Source: Candidatus Udaeobacter sp. (GTDB lineage: Bacteria > Patescibacteriota > Patescibacteriia > Magasanikbacterales > GWA2-37-8). From it: a DNA stretch of 64,000 bases. The first letter of the stretch is position 1. The number at the start of each line of letters is the position of its first letter. The translations under genes and the position numbers were made by a program. The notes beneath the pieces are model-generated. The model was given only the letters and a program-made list of their open reading frames with translations. It ran no database searches and was not told where the DNA came from. This document shows positions 17,804 through 27,075 of this stretch, one piece after another. The DNA is taken from NCBI GenBank assembly GCA_035473115.1, contig DATION010000003.1:3264-67263 (forward strand), in the 5' to 3' direction.

Positions 17804-18214
17804 ATGGAGGCAGTAATTTTCAACTATCTAGCCGTTATTTCTGCGGCTGTGGCCAGTTTTATTCTCGGAGGCATCTATGTAGCTTTATTTAGCAAACAGT
17901 CAGCTAAGCTAAATGGCTTTACTGAAGCTGAAGCAAAAGAAAAACAAAAGGCAAATCCAAAAGGACTTGTGGGAATTTTTTTGGCTAATCTTGCCATGGC
18001 TTTTGGTGTTAGCTATCTTATTTTTGCGCTAGATGTTCATAGTATTGTTAGAGTGTTATCTCTTGAGTTTTGGTTGTTCGTCGGGTTTGTCGGTCCGATG
18101 AGCATTGGACCTGTTTTGTGGGAAGGAAAATCCATTAAGTTATGGATTTTTAATAATATAATCAATGTTATCGCTCTTTTTGCGATGATGTTAATTCTAA
18201 CTTTTTGGAGATAA
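17804..18214 (+). CDS. DUF1761-like small membrane protein, paralog A.
   Basis: Four transmembrane segments and the motif GPVLWEGKSIKLWIFNN, which is shared with the ORF at 41919. Confidence 0.55.
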   Translation: MEAVIFNYLAVISAAVASFILGGIYVALFSKQSAKLNGFTEAEAKEKQKANPKGLVGIFLANLAMAFGVSYLIFALDVHSIVRVLSLEFWLFVGFVGPMSIGPVLWEGKSIKLWIFNNIINVIALFAMMLILTFWR

Positions 18215-18245
18215 ATGATTTTTTAGTAAATTTATTTTAAGATAT

Positions 18246-18617
18246 ATGAAAAATATTATAACTTGGTTTGAAGTTCCTTCAGAAGATTTTGATCGGGCAG
18301 TAAATTTTTATAATACTATTCTGGGGATTGAAATCCAGAAAATGACAATTGAAAATCATACTATGGGCATGTTTCCTTCGGCTGAAGGGCAAGTAGCCGG
18401 AGCAATCGTAAATAGTATGGATTTTGCCAAACCAAGCGACCAGGGCGTTAATGTTTATTTTAACGCTGGTGATGATTTAGATGGAATTTTATCGCGCGTT
18501 GAATCAGCCGGCGGAAAAATTGTAGTTCCTAAAACAGATATTGGTGATTTTGGTTGTATGGCTTGGATTAAAGATAGCGAAGGCAATCGAGTTGGTTTAC
18601 AACAGCTTAAAAAATAG
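18246..18617 (+). CDS. VOC/glyoxalase-family protein.
   Basis: 123 aa with a glyoxalase/bleomycin-resistance fold pattern, including the segment GKIVVPKTDIGDFGCMAWIKDSEGNRVGL. Confidence 0.85.
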   Translation: MKNIITWFEVPSEDFDRAVNFYNTILGIEIQKMTIENHTMGMFPSAEGQVAGAIVNSMDFAKPSDQGVNVYFNAGDDLDGILSRVESAGGKIVVPKTDIGDFGCMAWIKDSEGNRVGLQQLKK

Positions 18618-18624
18618 ATTTCAA

Positions 18625-18659
18625 GTAACAAAAAATGAGCTAGGCGCTCATTTTTTGTT
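18625..18659. repeat. Palindromic terminator element, copy 1, with a 15 bp stem.
   Basis: taacaaaaaatgagc taggc gctcattttttgtta. It lies between the convergent VOC and RidA genes. Confidence 0.6.
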
Positions 18660-18701
18660 ACATTACATTTGAAACTGAGAATTGATTCAGTTCGCCTACG
18701 C

Positions 18702-19202
18702 TCAACGAGGGTCATCAGTCCCAATTTCTAAAACAAGCTCAATTTCAATCGACATGCCGAGGGGCAGGCTTGCTACACCTAGTACAGCGCGAGTTGGAAG
18801 CTTGTCAGTTCCAAATATTTTCTCCAACAATTCGGACGCCCCGTCAGCGACTTTGGGGTGTTCCTTGAAGTCACCTTCGGTGGCAATGTAGACACCAAGC
18901 TTGAGAATACGAGTTACGGAGTTGAGTGAGCCCAGATGTGCCTTCACTGTGGAGAGACCATTTAATGTGGCGGCTGCTGCCGCATTTCGGCCATCTTCAA
19001 CAGTTAACTCTCTGCCAATTCGTCCAATAAATTTTGGTTTGCCAGCCACTATCGGCAACATTCCGCTCAAAAAGAGTATGTTGCCGCTCTGATTCGCTTC
19101 GACGTAGGAACCAAGAGGAGTTGGCGGTGGAGGTAGTATAATTGCGAGCTCTTTCAGCTTCTGTTCTGCATTATTAGGGAGCATTGTATCAAGCTTTACC
19201 AT
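18702..19202 (-). CDS. RidA/YjgF-family (Rid) protein.
   Basis: 166 aa with the YjgF fold pattern RAVLGVASLPLGMSIEIE. Confidence 0.85.
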   Translation of the reverse strand: MVKLDTMLPNNAEQKLKELAIILPPPPTPLGSYVEANQSGNILFLSGMLPIVAGKPKFIGRIGRELTVEDGRNAAAAATLNGLSTVKAHLGSLNSVTRILKLGVYIATEGDFKEHPKVADGASELLEKIFGTDKLPTRAVLGVASLPLGMSIEIELVLEIGTDDPR

Positions 19203-19924
19203 TTTCCTAAATGTGCGCCGCCATTAACATGCAGCACTTCTCCAGTTATGTTTGGAGATTCAGTTAAAAAGAGTACGGCCTCGGCAATCTCCTTTACATC
19301 GGAAATACTGGCCATTGGCGACAGAGTCTTTAGGAAATCTTTTGGATTGTCCTTGTGTAATGGGGTATCGACAATGCCTGGAGCTACTGTGTTTACCCGG
19401 ATTCCATTAGGAGCGTATTCCATCGCTAGACTTTTTGAGATCGCATCAATTCCGCCTTTGGTGATCATTGGCACTGATGCTGTAAAGCCGGCAATAGGAT
19501 GATCAACCAGCGACGTTGTAATACTGACAACACTGCCGCCGGTTTTTTGTACCAACATTTGTCGGATCGCCAGCTGTGTCAGATGAATAAAGCCTTCCAG
19601 GTTTGTTGATGATAGTTTTCTGAAGTCTTCCATGGTGTAGTCGATGAATGGTTTAACAATGAAAATACCAGCATTGTTGACCACTGCATCTATGGTGCCG
19701 AAAGTTTTGATAGCTGCGTCCACCACTTTTTGTGCAGTTGTCGGGTCGCCGATATCGCCATCGACCAAAACAATGTTACTGGATGCGTGTACCTCTGTTG
19801 ACTGGCTTACGTTGCGCGAGGTAGCAACAACGTTATATCCTTTCTCTGAAAAAGTTTTTACAAGTCCAGCGCCAATTCCTTGTGAGGCGCCGGTAATTAT
19901 GATGGTTTTATTTTGCGTTTTCAT
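19196..19924 (-). CDS. Short-chain dehydrogenase/reductase.
   Basis: Cofactor motif TGASQGIG, NNAG, and a catalytic Tyr/Lys region. 242 aa. Confidence 0.9.
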   Translation of the reverse strand: MKTQNKTIIITGASQGIGAGLVKTFSEKGYNVVATSRNVSQSTEVHASSNIVLVDGDIGDPTTAQKVVDAAIKTFGTIDAVVNNAGIFIVKPFIDYTMEDFRKLSSTNLEGFIHLTQLAIRQMLVQKTGGSVVSITTSLVDHPIAGFTASVPMITKGGIDAISKSLAMEYAPNGIRVNTVAPGIVDTPLHKDNPKDFLKTLSPMASISDVKEIAEAVLFLTESPNITGEVLHVNGGAHLGKW

Positions 19925-19971
19925 TTTGTTTATTTATTAGTTTAATAATTTATTGGTTTTTACTATGGGTT

Positions 19972-20586
19972 TTACTGCAATGGCGATAACTCACCGGCAT
20001 AATAAATATCAGCTTGTTGTTCGGTCAAGTACAATCCTGCATTAGGAGGCGGCCAAACACCATCAGCAACTGCCTTGGCCCGCAGATGTGCGCGCTCATC
20101 AAGGCTTTGGTAAGGCCAGATTTGTATGAAGCAAGGTTCGGCCTCATCAATGTTGTAGAGTCCGGCAAGTAGTGGTGATATCTTGATTCTGTCGGGTATA
20201 GCTTTGCGCCACAACTCAATAGTAGGATCCATCCCGCCCGGTTTAATTTTATAAGTGCGTACTTCAAACACCGGTCCAACATTTCCAGTCTTGATTGGTC
20301 CAAGGAATGGTAATGACTGAAAGGTGTTGGTAGCAAATGCAGTCGTGAACTCCTTGCAACCAAACGGGTCGATACTGAGAGATAGGGTATTTCGGTCTGA
20401 AATAGCCTGTTCGTAGCTAATAGCACGATGGATTAACAATATCCGGTTTAAGGCTCCAATATCAGATAGGAAGTAGCCTACTAACTCGCCTGGTATATCA
20501 GCCAGATGATCTTTTATGCGTGTCATTGCTTGCGCGCCCGTACCAGGCTTAAGATCAATGGTAGTGATATTATAAGTGTAAGTCAT
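19972..20586 (-). CDS. NIPSNAP-like protein with two dimeric alpha-beta-barrel domains.
   Basis: 204 aa with two repeated halves, each carrying a W.....P motif. The assignment is tentative. Confidence 0.5.
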   Translation of the reverse strand: MTYTYNITTIDLKPGTGAQAMTRIKDHLADIPGELVGYFLSDIGALNRILLIHRAISYEQAISDRNTLSLSIDPFGCKEFTTAFATNTFQSLPFLGPIKTGNVGPVFEVRTYKIKPGGMDPTIELWRKAIPDRIKISPLLAGLYNIDEAEPCFIQIWPYQSLDERAHLRAKAVADGVWPPPNAGLYLTEQQADIYYAGELSPLQ

Positions 20587-20852
20587 GGTGGTTGTTTTTT
20601 AAGCGTGGTTTTGGAGCAATACACTCTGGCATATGTTGCTTACCTGTGCTATGTTTATTGGTATCAACTTGTATTCCAGGTCTGGTCCTTTGAGTACTAG
20701 GGGTCTTTAAGAATGTTTGACGTTTTGAATACGTAGAATTTAAGCATACATAAAGTAACTATTTTATTAAAAAAGCTATTACCATTACGACCAGGATGTC
20801 AGTATAGCAGTATTGCTTGTATTATGCAAGTATATTATACTGTGGATAACTT

Positions 20853-21284
20853 ATGAAAAGAAAAGCAGGAAAATCTAATTGCGCAATTAATTATTCTCTG
20901 GAGACATTTGGGGATATGTGGTCGTTGCTGATTATTCGCGATATTATCCTTTTCGGAAAACATACTTACGGAGAATTTCTAGATTCAGATGAGCGCATAG
21001 CGACCAATATTCTCGCAAGCAAACTTTCGTGCTTGGTGAGCGCGGAGATACTTCACAAGTCCTCTAATCCGGCTGACAAACGAAAAGATATATATACAAT
21101 TACAGAAAAGGGGTTGGCTTTGATCCCTATGTTTTTTGAGATGATGGAATGGGGTGTTAAGTATAATGATTTAAAGACGCCTAAGGAAGCGGTGGATTTT
21201 ATTAAAAAATTTAAAAAAAATAAAATTAAAGTAGCACAAGAGGTTATGGAAAAAGTCCGCGCTGGAGGATCTGTTTTTTCTTGA
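20853..21284 (+). CDS. HxlR-family winged-helix transcriptional regulator.
   Basis: CAINYSLETFGDMWSLLIIRDI matches the HxlR signature. It is transcribed divergently from the NIPSNAP-SDR-RidA operon. Confidence 0.85.
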   Translation: MKRKAGKSNCAINYSLETFGDMWSLLIIRDIILFGKHTYGEFLDSDERIATNILASKLSCLVSAEILHKSSNPADKRKDIYTITEKGLALIPMFFEMMEWGVKYNDLKTPKEAVDFIKKFKKNKIKVAQEVMEKVRAGGSVFS

Positions 21285-21348
21285 GTCTAGCTGAAAGGTT
21301 GCTATTACTCGGTCTGTAATCTCCTAAAAATTATCAAAGATTAAATTA

Positions 21349-21383
21349 ATACAAAAAATGAGCTAAGCGCTCATTTTTGTTAA
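21349..21383. repeat. Palindromic terminator element, copy 2; nearly identical to copy 1.
   Basis: acaaaaaatgagc taagc gctcatttttgtta. It lies between the HxlR gene on the plus strand and the MFS gene on the minus strand. Confidence 0.6.
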
Positions 21384-21384
21384 T

Positions 21385-22635
21385 TCACATTTTGTGTCTT
21401 GGTCGATGTGGTTTATTTGGTATTGATAGTTTAGATACTGCTTTATGAGGATGTTGCTTGATCATTATTTGGTAAATTATCCAGGTGATAAATATTGGCA
21501 GCGCGCCAATAGTGATTGTCCAGGATGGTCCGACAAAACCATATAATATTCCAGACAGCGCCGGCCCTAATGTCCAACCAATATCTTCAGATAGATTTAT
21601 GACTCCCGCAACGGCCCCGTCATTGGCATGTTCGCGGTCAAGTTTTTGCAGCCAAGTCCAAAGTGAAATACCGGATATTTCGTCTCCGGAAGTAGATAAA
21701 AAACCAAAGAGTAAGAATAGCCAGCCAAAATTAAACCCAAGCAGCATGCCAGAGATGGCGAAAAGAAGCAAACCAACAAAAATTAAAGTTCGTTTATTGA
21801 CGCTATCGGCTAATTTGCCAAATAAAAATCCAAGCACAACTACTGCAAAATCAAACATGCCTAGCCCGATGCTAAGAACTCCGGAGTGGGCTTGATGGGA
21901 AATTACTAGCGGTACGACAAACCAGATAGCTGCATAAAACATTGATCCGGCAAAATTGTGCAAGAGCAAGATCATGCTGGCTGGATTTAATTTTTTGATC
22001 ATTTTTATTGTTGTGCCTAAAAACTGGCGATTTATATAATGATGCTGGGTTTCAAGTTTTATTTCTTTGTGTACTGATTGGCGATCTTTTGGGCTAAAGA
22101 AAAGCGCCAGAAGAGCGATAAAAAATAAGACAAATAAACCATAACCAACGGATCTGGTCATTAAGATGAGAGCGAGAGGCATGGTGGTGCTGGCCAAAAG
22201 ACTGCCAGTTGAGCAAAATATATCTCGTAAAGAAATAAATTTACCGGCATTTTCTTTGGGCGCGTGGGATAAGATATAAGCATTGATGCCTGGGCCGAAA
22301 AATAGCCAGCCAAATACACTAAAAAACAGGCTGAGCAAAAAAGTGGCGCGGGTAAGCGGAAAGGTTAGGCAGAAAGCTGCGGCCAGAAAAGCAACGGTCG
22401 TAACTTTTAAAAATGTTTTATAGCCATAACGATCAAGCAGATTTCCGGCCGGAACATCTAGTATTAGCTGTATCAAACCGCTTCCGCCCATTAGCAGGCC
22501 AACTACCCATAAAGGAAAAAGTTTTTCGCCAAAAGGAGAAATAAGAGTGTAATAAAGGCCGCCGCTGAATTTAAATAGAGTCAAAAAAATCCAAAAAGGA
22601 GTAAATTTTAAAAATAGTTTTATTTTCGATTTCAT
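21385..22635 (-). CDS. MFS transporter.
   Basis: 416 aa with about 12 transmembrane segments and an MFS-like loop motif between TM2 and TM3. Confidence 0.8.
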   Translation of the reverse strand: MKSKIKLFLKFTPFWIFLTLFKFSGGLYYTLISPFGEKLFPLWVVGLLMGGSGLIQLILDVPAGNLLDRYGYKTFLKVTTVAFLAAAFCLTFPLTRATFLLSLFFSVFGWLFFGPGINAYILSHAPKENAGKFISLRDIFCSTGSLLASTTMPLALILMTRSVGYGLFVLFFIALLALFFSPKDRQSVHKEIKLETQHHYINRQFLGTTIKMIKKLNPASMILLLHNFAGSMFYAAIWFVVPLVISHQAHSGVLSIGLGMFDFAVVVLGFLFGKLADSVNKRTLIFVGLLLFAISGMLLGFNFGWLFLLFGFLSTSGDEISGISLWTWLQKLDREHANDGAVAGVINLSEDIGWTLGPALSGILYGFVGPSWTITIGALPIFITWIIYQIMIKQHPHKAVSKLSIPNKPHRPRHKM

Positions 22636-22758
22636 AAATCAGTCTGTGCCATATTATTATCATATTTTATTGTAAATTAGATAAAAAAGCAACCTTATAC
22701 TCTAGTTGACGGTTAAGCTGTAAAAGCCTATTATACAGGGGAATAAAATGGTTTTTTT

Positions 22759-23784
22759 ATGTCTAAAAAAATAAAAAAATTAACTCCTTTTCTTGGACAG
22801 ATTCTGCAAAAAATCGCTCCGCAAATTGGTGCAAAAGTTATTTTGGAACCAAAATGGAAATTTGTCGGACAGATTATTTTCAAAAATGGCCGTAAGCAGT
22901 ATTTTCGCAATTTAGGTTTTGGTTTTAATTCTTTAGCTGCTTCAGAAATTGCTCAGGATAAAGATTATTCTAATTTTTTTATGGAGAGCATGGGGTATTC
23001 GGTTGTGCCAAGCAGTCAAGCTTTTTTTAGAAATGATTGGGCAAAAACAATCGGTCAGCCTGCACGCAATATAGACGCGGCTTATCGTTACGCTCAAAAA
23101 ATCGGCTTTCCAGTTTTTGTTAAACCAAATAGCGGCAGCCAAGGGTTGGATGTTTCTTTAGTATATAATAAACAAGAATTTCAACGAGCTATTTTGGCAG
23201 TATTTAAGCATGATCGGATTGCTTTGGTTCAGCACCAGGTAAAAGGAAAAGAATATCGGCTGGTTGTTTTAGGAGAAAAAGTAATTTGGGCTTATCAGTG
23301 TCAGCCATTTAATGTTGTGGGTGACGGTAAGCTTAATGTTTTTCAGCTTCTAAACGAGAAAAGAAAACAGTTCATGCTTTCTAATCGTAAGATAAAAATT
23401 AGTTTTAGTGATCCTAGAATTAAAGAAAAACTCGGTCATTATAAAATGAATTTTAAATCCGTGCCGGCCAAAGGCCAAAAAATCTATTTGTTAGATAATG
23501 CCAATCTTTCCACTGGCGGCGATTCACAAGATGTGACCAAAGCTATTCATCCGGGGTTTAAAAAATTAGCTGTTAAACTTGCTGCGGATATGGGGTTACA
23601 ATTTTGCGGGATAGATTTGGTTGTCCAAGGCAGTATTTCAGAAAAACCAGGAAAATATTGGGTTTTGGAAGTTAATCATTCTCCAGGATTAGATCATTAT
23701 CCGCAAACTGGCTTGGCACAACCAAAGGCGGCTGAGAGTTTGTATTTAGGAATTATTAAATATATGGAAAAAAATAATAATTAA
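22759..23784 (+). CDS. ATP-grasp ligase resembling the RimK/cyanophycin-synthetase family.
   Basis: Motifs GFPVFVKPNSGSQG, NLSTGG and a C-terminal WVLEVNHSPGL. Confidence 0.7.
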   Translation: MSKKIKKLTPFLGQILQKIAPQIGAKVILEPKWKFVGQIIFKNGRKQYFRNLGFGFNSLAASEIAQDKDYSNFFMESMGYSVVPSSQAFFRNDWAKTIGQPARNIDAAYRYAQKIGFPVFVKPNSGSQGLDVSLVYNKQEFQRAILAVFKHDRIALVQHQVKGKEYRLVVLGEKVIWAYQCQPFNVVGDGKLNVFQLLNEKRKQFMLSNRKIKISFSDPRIKEKLGHYKMNFKSVPAKGQKIYLLDNANLSTGGDSQDVTKAIHPGFKKLAVKLAADMGLQFCGIDLVVQGSISEKPGKYWVLEVNHSPGLDHYPQTGLAQPKAAESLYLGIIKYMEKNNN

Positions 23785-23786
23785 AT

Positions 23787-24119
23787 ATGGCTACCAAACA
23801 ATCAACTGTTGATTTTATTCTTGATCAATTAATTTCCATAGATAATATTAACACTCGAAAAATGTTTGGTGAGTATGCTTTGTATTGCGATGGCAAGGTG
23901 GTAGGTTTGATTTGTGATGATATTTTATTTATCAAAATTACTGAGTTGGGAAAGAATTTTGTTGGGGAGTATTATAAAGAAGGTCTGCCATATCCTGGAG
24001 CTAAGCCGTGGATGAAGATAAACGAAGAAAGAATTGATGACAATGATTGGTTGGCAGAATTAATTCATATCACTGCAGATAATTTACCGGCGCCAAAACC
24101 AAAGAAGTCTAAAAAGTAA
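23787..24119 (+). CDS. TfoX N-terminal domain protein.
   Basis: MFGEYALYCDGKVVGLICDDILFIK matches the TfoX_N pattern. Confidence 0.6.
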   Translation: MATKQSTVDFILDQLISIDNINTRKMFGEYALYCDGKVVGLICDDILFIKITELGKNFVGEYYKEGLPYPGAKPWMKINEERIDDNDWLAELIHITADNLPAPKPKKSKK

Positions 24120-24133
24120 TCGGATAAAATTAT

Positions 24134-24580
24134 ATGTCTGTTATAAATTCAGAGATTAAGATATTTGCTGCCACCAAAGCTTTTGTTATTCATAATGGGA
24201 AAGTTTTATTGTTGAGGGAATCTGGTAAGTATGTAGATGGAGCTAATGTGGGGCGGCATGATGTAGTGGGCGGACGAGTTGAGCCAGAACAAAGATTTGA
24301 TGCCAGTTTACTTAGAGAAATTAAAGAAGAGACTGGTTTGGAGATAAAAATAGGCCGGCCGTTTTTCGTAAATGAGTGGCGGCCAGTGGTAAGAGGTGAA
24401 CAGTGGCAGATCGTTGGAACATTTTTTGAATGTTTTGCCGATAGTGAAAATGTAGTTTTAAGCAGTGATCATGATGAATATGTTTGGATTGATCCAAAAG
24501 ATTATAAGCAATTTAATATTATTGAAAATCTGCAAGCGGCTTTTGAAAGTTATTTAGATTTAAAAAAATTATATGTCTGA
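24134..24580 (+). CDS. NUDIX hydrolase.
   Basis: Nudix box GGRVEPEQRFDASLLREIKEETGLEI. Confidence 0.85.
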   Translation: MSVINSEIKIFAATKAFVIHNGKVLLLRESGKYVDGANVGRHDVVGGRVEPEQRFDASLLREIKEETGLEIKIGRPFFVNEWRPVVRGEQWQIVGTFFECFADSENVVLSSDHDEYVWIDPKDYKQFNIIENLQAAFESYLDLKKLYV

Positions 24581-25337
24581 AATGCCAAGAACAGAAACTA
24601 GTATGGTAGCTTGGGGAAGAGGATTAGAAAAAGCTGGTGTAGCTGATGTTGGTATGGTTGAAGCCCTAAAAGCTGATAGATTTAAGGGTTGGAAACGAGT
24701 TGAGCAGTTGGGTTTACCCAGGTATGAATTGAAAACTTCATCATTGGATAGCTTTTTAGAAAATTTTGCAGAGATTATTCCAAAAGATGAAAAACGAGAT
24801 TGGTTTGTATTGTTGGAGCCAAGAAAAGGTGGAATGAGATATAGGAAAACTTTGCTTAAGAGTTCGGAGATAGTTGATTTTGTAGAAACAACTGTTAGTG
24901 ATAATAATTTGGACGCAAGTAATTATGATATAGCAATTTCTGAGTCATTGCCCCAAGAGTATGGCGGTAATATTATTATAGACAAAAACGGAAAAATTTT
25001 GGCAGAAATCAGTAAGGGTGGGCAGGGTGTAGTGGCTGAAGGTACGCATGACCAAGAAAAACATGGCAATTTATTTACCGTTAGAAGAGATCAATTTCTT
25101 GGCTCCTTTAAATATTCATGGGAAGATGGAGAAGAAACTAATGGAGTGGCTTTGCGAGCAGCAGTAAATAAAACCATTATGTCTATTCCTCATGAGGGTG
25201 AAGATAGGGAAATTAAGTTCACTCCCGGATATTATGAATTTCATCTAGTAAGAAAAGATGGTGAAGAAGGTTTGCAGCCAGTTTTTGTTGATTGCCGTCA
25301 GGATGAGGTTTTAACGAAGTTGCCATCAGATTTTTAG
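24573..25337 (+). CDS. Hypothetical 254 aa protein.
   Basis: Overlaps the NUDIX stop by 8 nt, consistent with operon membership. No recognisable motif. Confidence 0.5.
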   Translation: MSEMPRTETSMVAWGRGLEKAGVADVGMVEALKADRFKGWKRVEQLGLPRYELKTSSLDSFLENFAEIIPKDEKRDWFVLLEPRKGGMRYRKTLLKSSEIVDFVETTVSDNNLDASNYDIAISESLPQEYGGNIIIDKNGKILAEISKGGQGVVAEGTHDQEKHGNLFTVRRDQFLGSFKYSWEDGEETNGVALRAAVNKTIMSIPHEGEDREIKFTPGYYEFHLVRKDGEEGLQPVFVDCRQDEVLTKLPSDF

Positions 25338-25487
25338 TTTTTAAAATTTGATACATAAATTATACCTTGACAGGAGGTATTTTTTGTGATAACTTAATCT
25401 GTCTTCTCGATCCGCATGGTCGGTCGGGAGTGATACAGAAAATTGGGGAAAGACCATGAAATCAAAATTCAACATGAGGAGTCAGAG

Positions 25488-26087
25488 ATGACCACGCAAC
25501 AGACCATTCTCTTCCTGGCGGCCAACCCGAATGGAGTTAATCAGCGAGCGTTCGATCGAGAGATGCGCTCCATGAAGGATGAGCTCAAGCGCAGCGGCTC
25601 TCGGGATTTCAAAATCGAGATCGGTTGGGCGGCTGGGCCTTTGGATCTGCTCAGGGACCTACGAGAGCACAGGCCAACTGTCGTGCATTTCAACGGTCAC
25701 GGTGGCGATGGTGGCTTGTATCTTCAGGACAATGATGGTGACGCCAAGTTCGTTTCTACCCACGCCATCCAGCAGACGTTTGGCGCAGCGGGAGATTCAG
25801 TGAAGGTGGTAGTGCTCAATTCCTGCTATAGTGACGAACAGGCCGAGGCCTTGATTGCACACGTCGATTGCGTTGTGGGTATGAGTGGAGCTATCAGCGA
25901 TGCCGTGACCCGACAGTTCGCGATCGGCTTCTACGGAGGCTTGGGAGAGCGTGAGTCCGTTGCGGCGGCGTATGCTCAGGGTAAGGCGTCAGTCAGTTTG
26001 GCTGGCTTGCACTGGAACAGTCCTCCGCAGCTCAAGGTTCGGCACGGAGTCGATGCTAATCGACTGATCTTAGCCAGGCGCAGTTGA
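25488..26087 (+). CDS. Minimal caspase-like peptidase domain protein of the CHAT type, clan CD.
   Basis: His motif VVHFNGHGG and Cys motif VKVVVLNSCYS at the canonical spacing. N-terminal ILFLAANP pattern. The Shine-Dalgarno GAGGAG lies 6 nt before the ATG. The coding sequence has about 58% GC against about 37% in the surrounding DNA. Confidence 0.6.
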   Translation: MTTQQTILFLAANPNGVNQRAFDREMRSMKDELKRSGSRDFKIEIGWAAGPLDLLRDLREHRPTVVHFNGHGGDGGLYLQDNDGDAKFVSTHAIQQTFGAAGDSVKVVVLNSCYSDEQAEALIAHVDCVVGMSGAISDAVTRQFAIGFYGGLGERESVAAAYAQGKASVSLAGLHWNSPPQLKVRHGVDANRLILARRS

Positions 26088-26181
26088 CCTTAAGCACTTA
26101 GTAATCTGAATGCCGAGGGGAAGTGCTCCTAAATTCCACCGGGTGGCACCGGTTTAACGACAGGGCAAGGAAGAAATCATC

Positions 26182-27075
26182 ATGGCGAAACCGATCAATA
26201 GTCTGAGTGATGCGATTAGGGCGTTTAACAAGGATCCGAAGAACAAGGAGGCCAGTTCTTACATCAGAAATGCCTTTGATGGGCGTTCTGGTATTTTCGT
26301 TAAGGATGATGGCAAGATTGACCTCGACGCAACTCTTGAGGCCTATGATACGCTGGAGGAGGCCAAAATTCAGAAGTTGCCAGATGCCGTATCATTTGAT
26401 GAACTTCTGGCTCAGTCCAGGCCGGAGCGTAGAGCAGATCCAGTCGTCCGTCGTATGCTTTTCAACGGCAAGACCGTGGATGCTGATCCGGAGATCGACT
26501 GGAGTTCTGTGTCAGATGATGGGCGCAAGGCGGCTGCATTTGCTGTCGAGATGGGGATGATCCAGGAGACCGATGATGCATCGCGTCTGGCTGCGTATCA
26601 TTTTGGGCAGGATAATCCTCCACCTCCATATTCAACTGCGATTGCTGGTTACAGGAAGCTGATGGACAAGACTCGTAAGAGTGCTGAGGATTTGGTTCGG
26701 ATCGCTCAGATCGAGAGCCGTCTCGTGTTTGATCCAACCAACAAGGTTTCTACGGATCCTGATCTACAGAAGCTGCTGGTTTTGGGTCTGCCCAAGGCAC
26801 CGATTATCAGTAGTGATGATCGTAGACTTCAGCCGAGTGGTGGAAACCAGAGGAAAGAGTTTCTACAAGTTCATGAGTGGGCTCCTTTGCTCTCTCGTGA
26901 GCAGTGTATTGCAGTCGCTACGTATCTGGTTGGTCCTGGTTGTAGGCTTCCAGATGCTGTTTATCACGCAGTGCGGTCAGCATACGCAGGCGTATTGTGG
27001 AGTATCGTGGGGGATGCTGGTAATGGACCCAAACCCACGGAGCGTTTTCAGAACCTGCTTAGCGTTCTGAAGTAG
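26182..27075 (+). CDS. Hypothetical 297 aa protein, encoded on the GC-rich segment together with the CHAT-like peptidase.
   Basis: Shine-Dalgarno AAGGAAG. High GC. No recognisable domain and no N-terminal Cys. It carries a PPPPY motif. Confidence 0.5.
   Translation: MAKPINSLSDAIRAFNKDPKNKEASSYIRNAFDGRSGIFVKDDGKIDLDATLEAYDTLEEAKIQKLPDAVSFDELLAQSRPERRADPVVRRMLFNGKTVDADPEIDWSSVSDDGRKAAAFAVEMGMIQETDDASRLAAYHFGQDNPPPPYSTAIAGYRKLMDKTRKSAEDLVRIAQIESRLVFDPTNKVSTDPDLQKLLVLGLPKAPIISSDDRRLQPSGGNQRKEFLQVHEWAPLLSREQCIAVATYLVGPGCRLPDAVYHAVRSAYAGVLWSIVGDAGNGPKPTERFQNLLSVLK

Noticed and set aside
20836-20844. Perfect DnaA-box 9-mer TGTGGATAA immediately before the HxlR start codon; a second perfect copy lies at 59683.
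   Set aside because: With this base composition roughly 0.5 perfect 9-mers are expected by chance per 64 kb on both strands. Isolated single boxes are not called regulatory, and only the clustered ones were reported.
25579-27070. Alternative-frame and antisense ORFs inside the GC-rich segment (25579..25803, 26207..26560, 26462..26737, 26681..27070).
   Set aside because: High GC suppresses stop codons in all frames. These ORFs overlap the two well-signalled genes, lack Shine-Dalgarno sequences and have Arg/Ser/Pro-rich junk composition.
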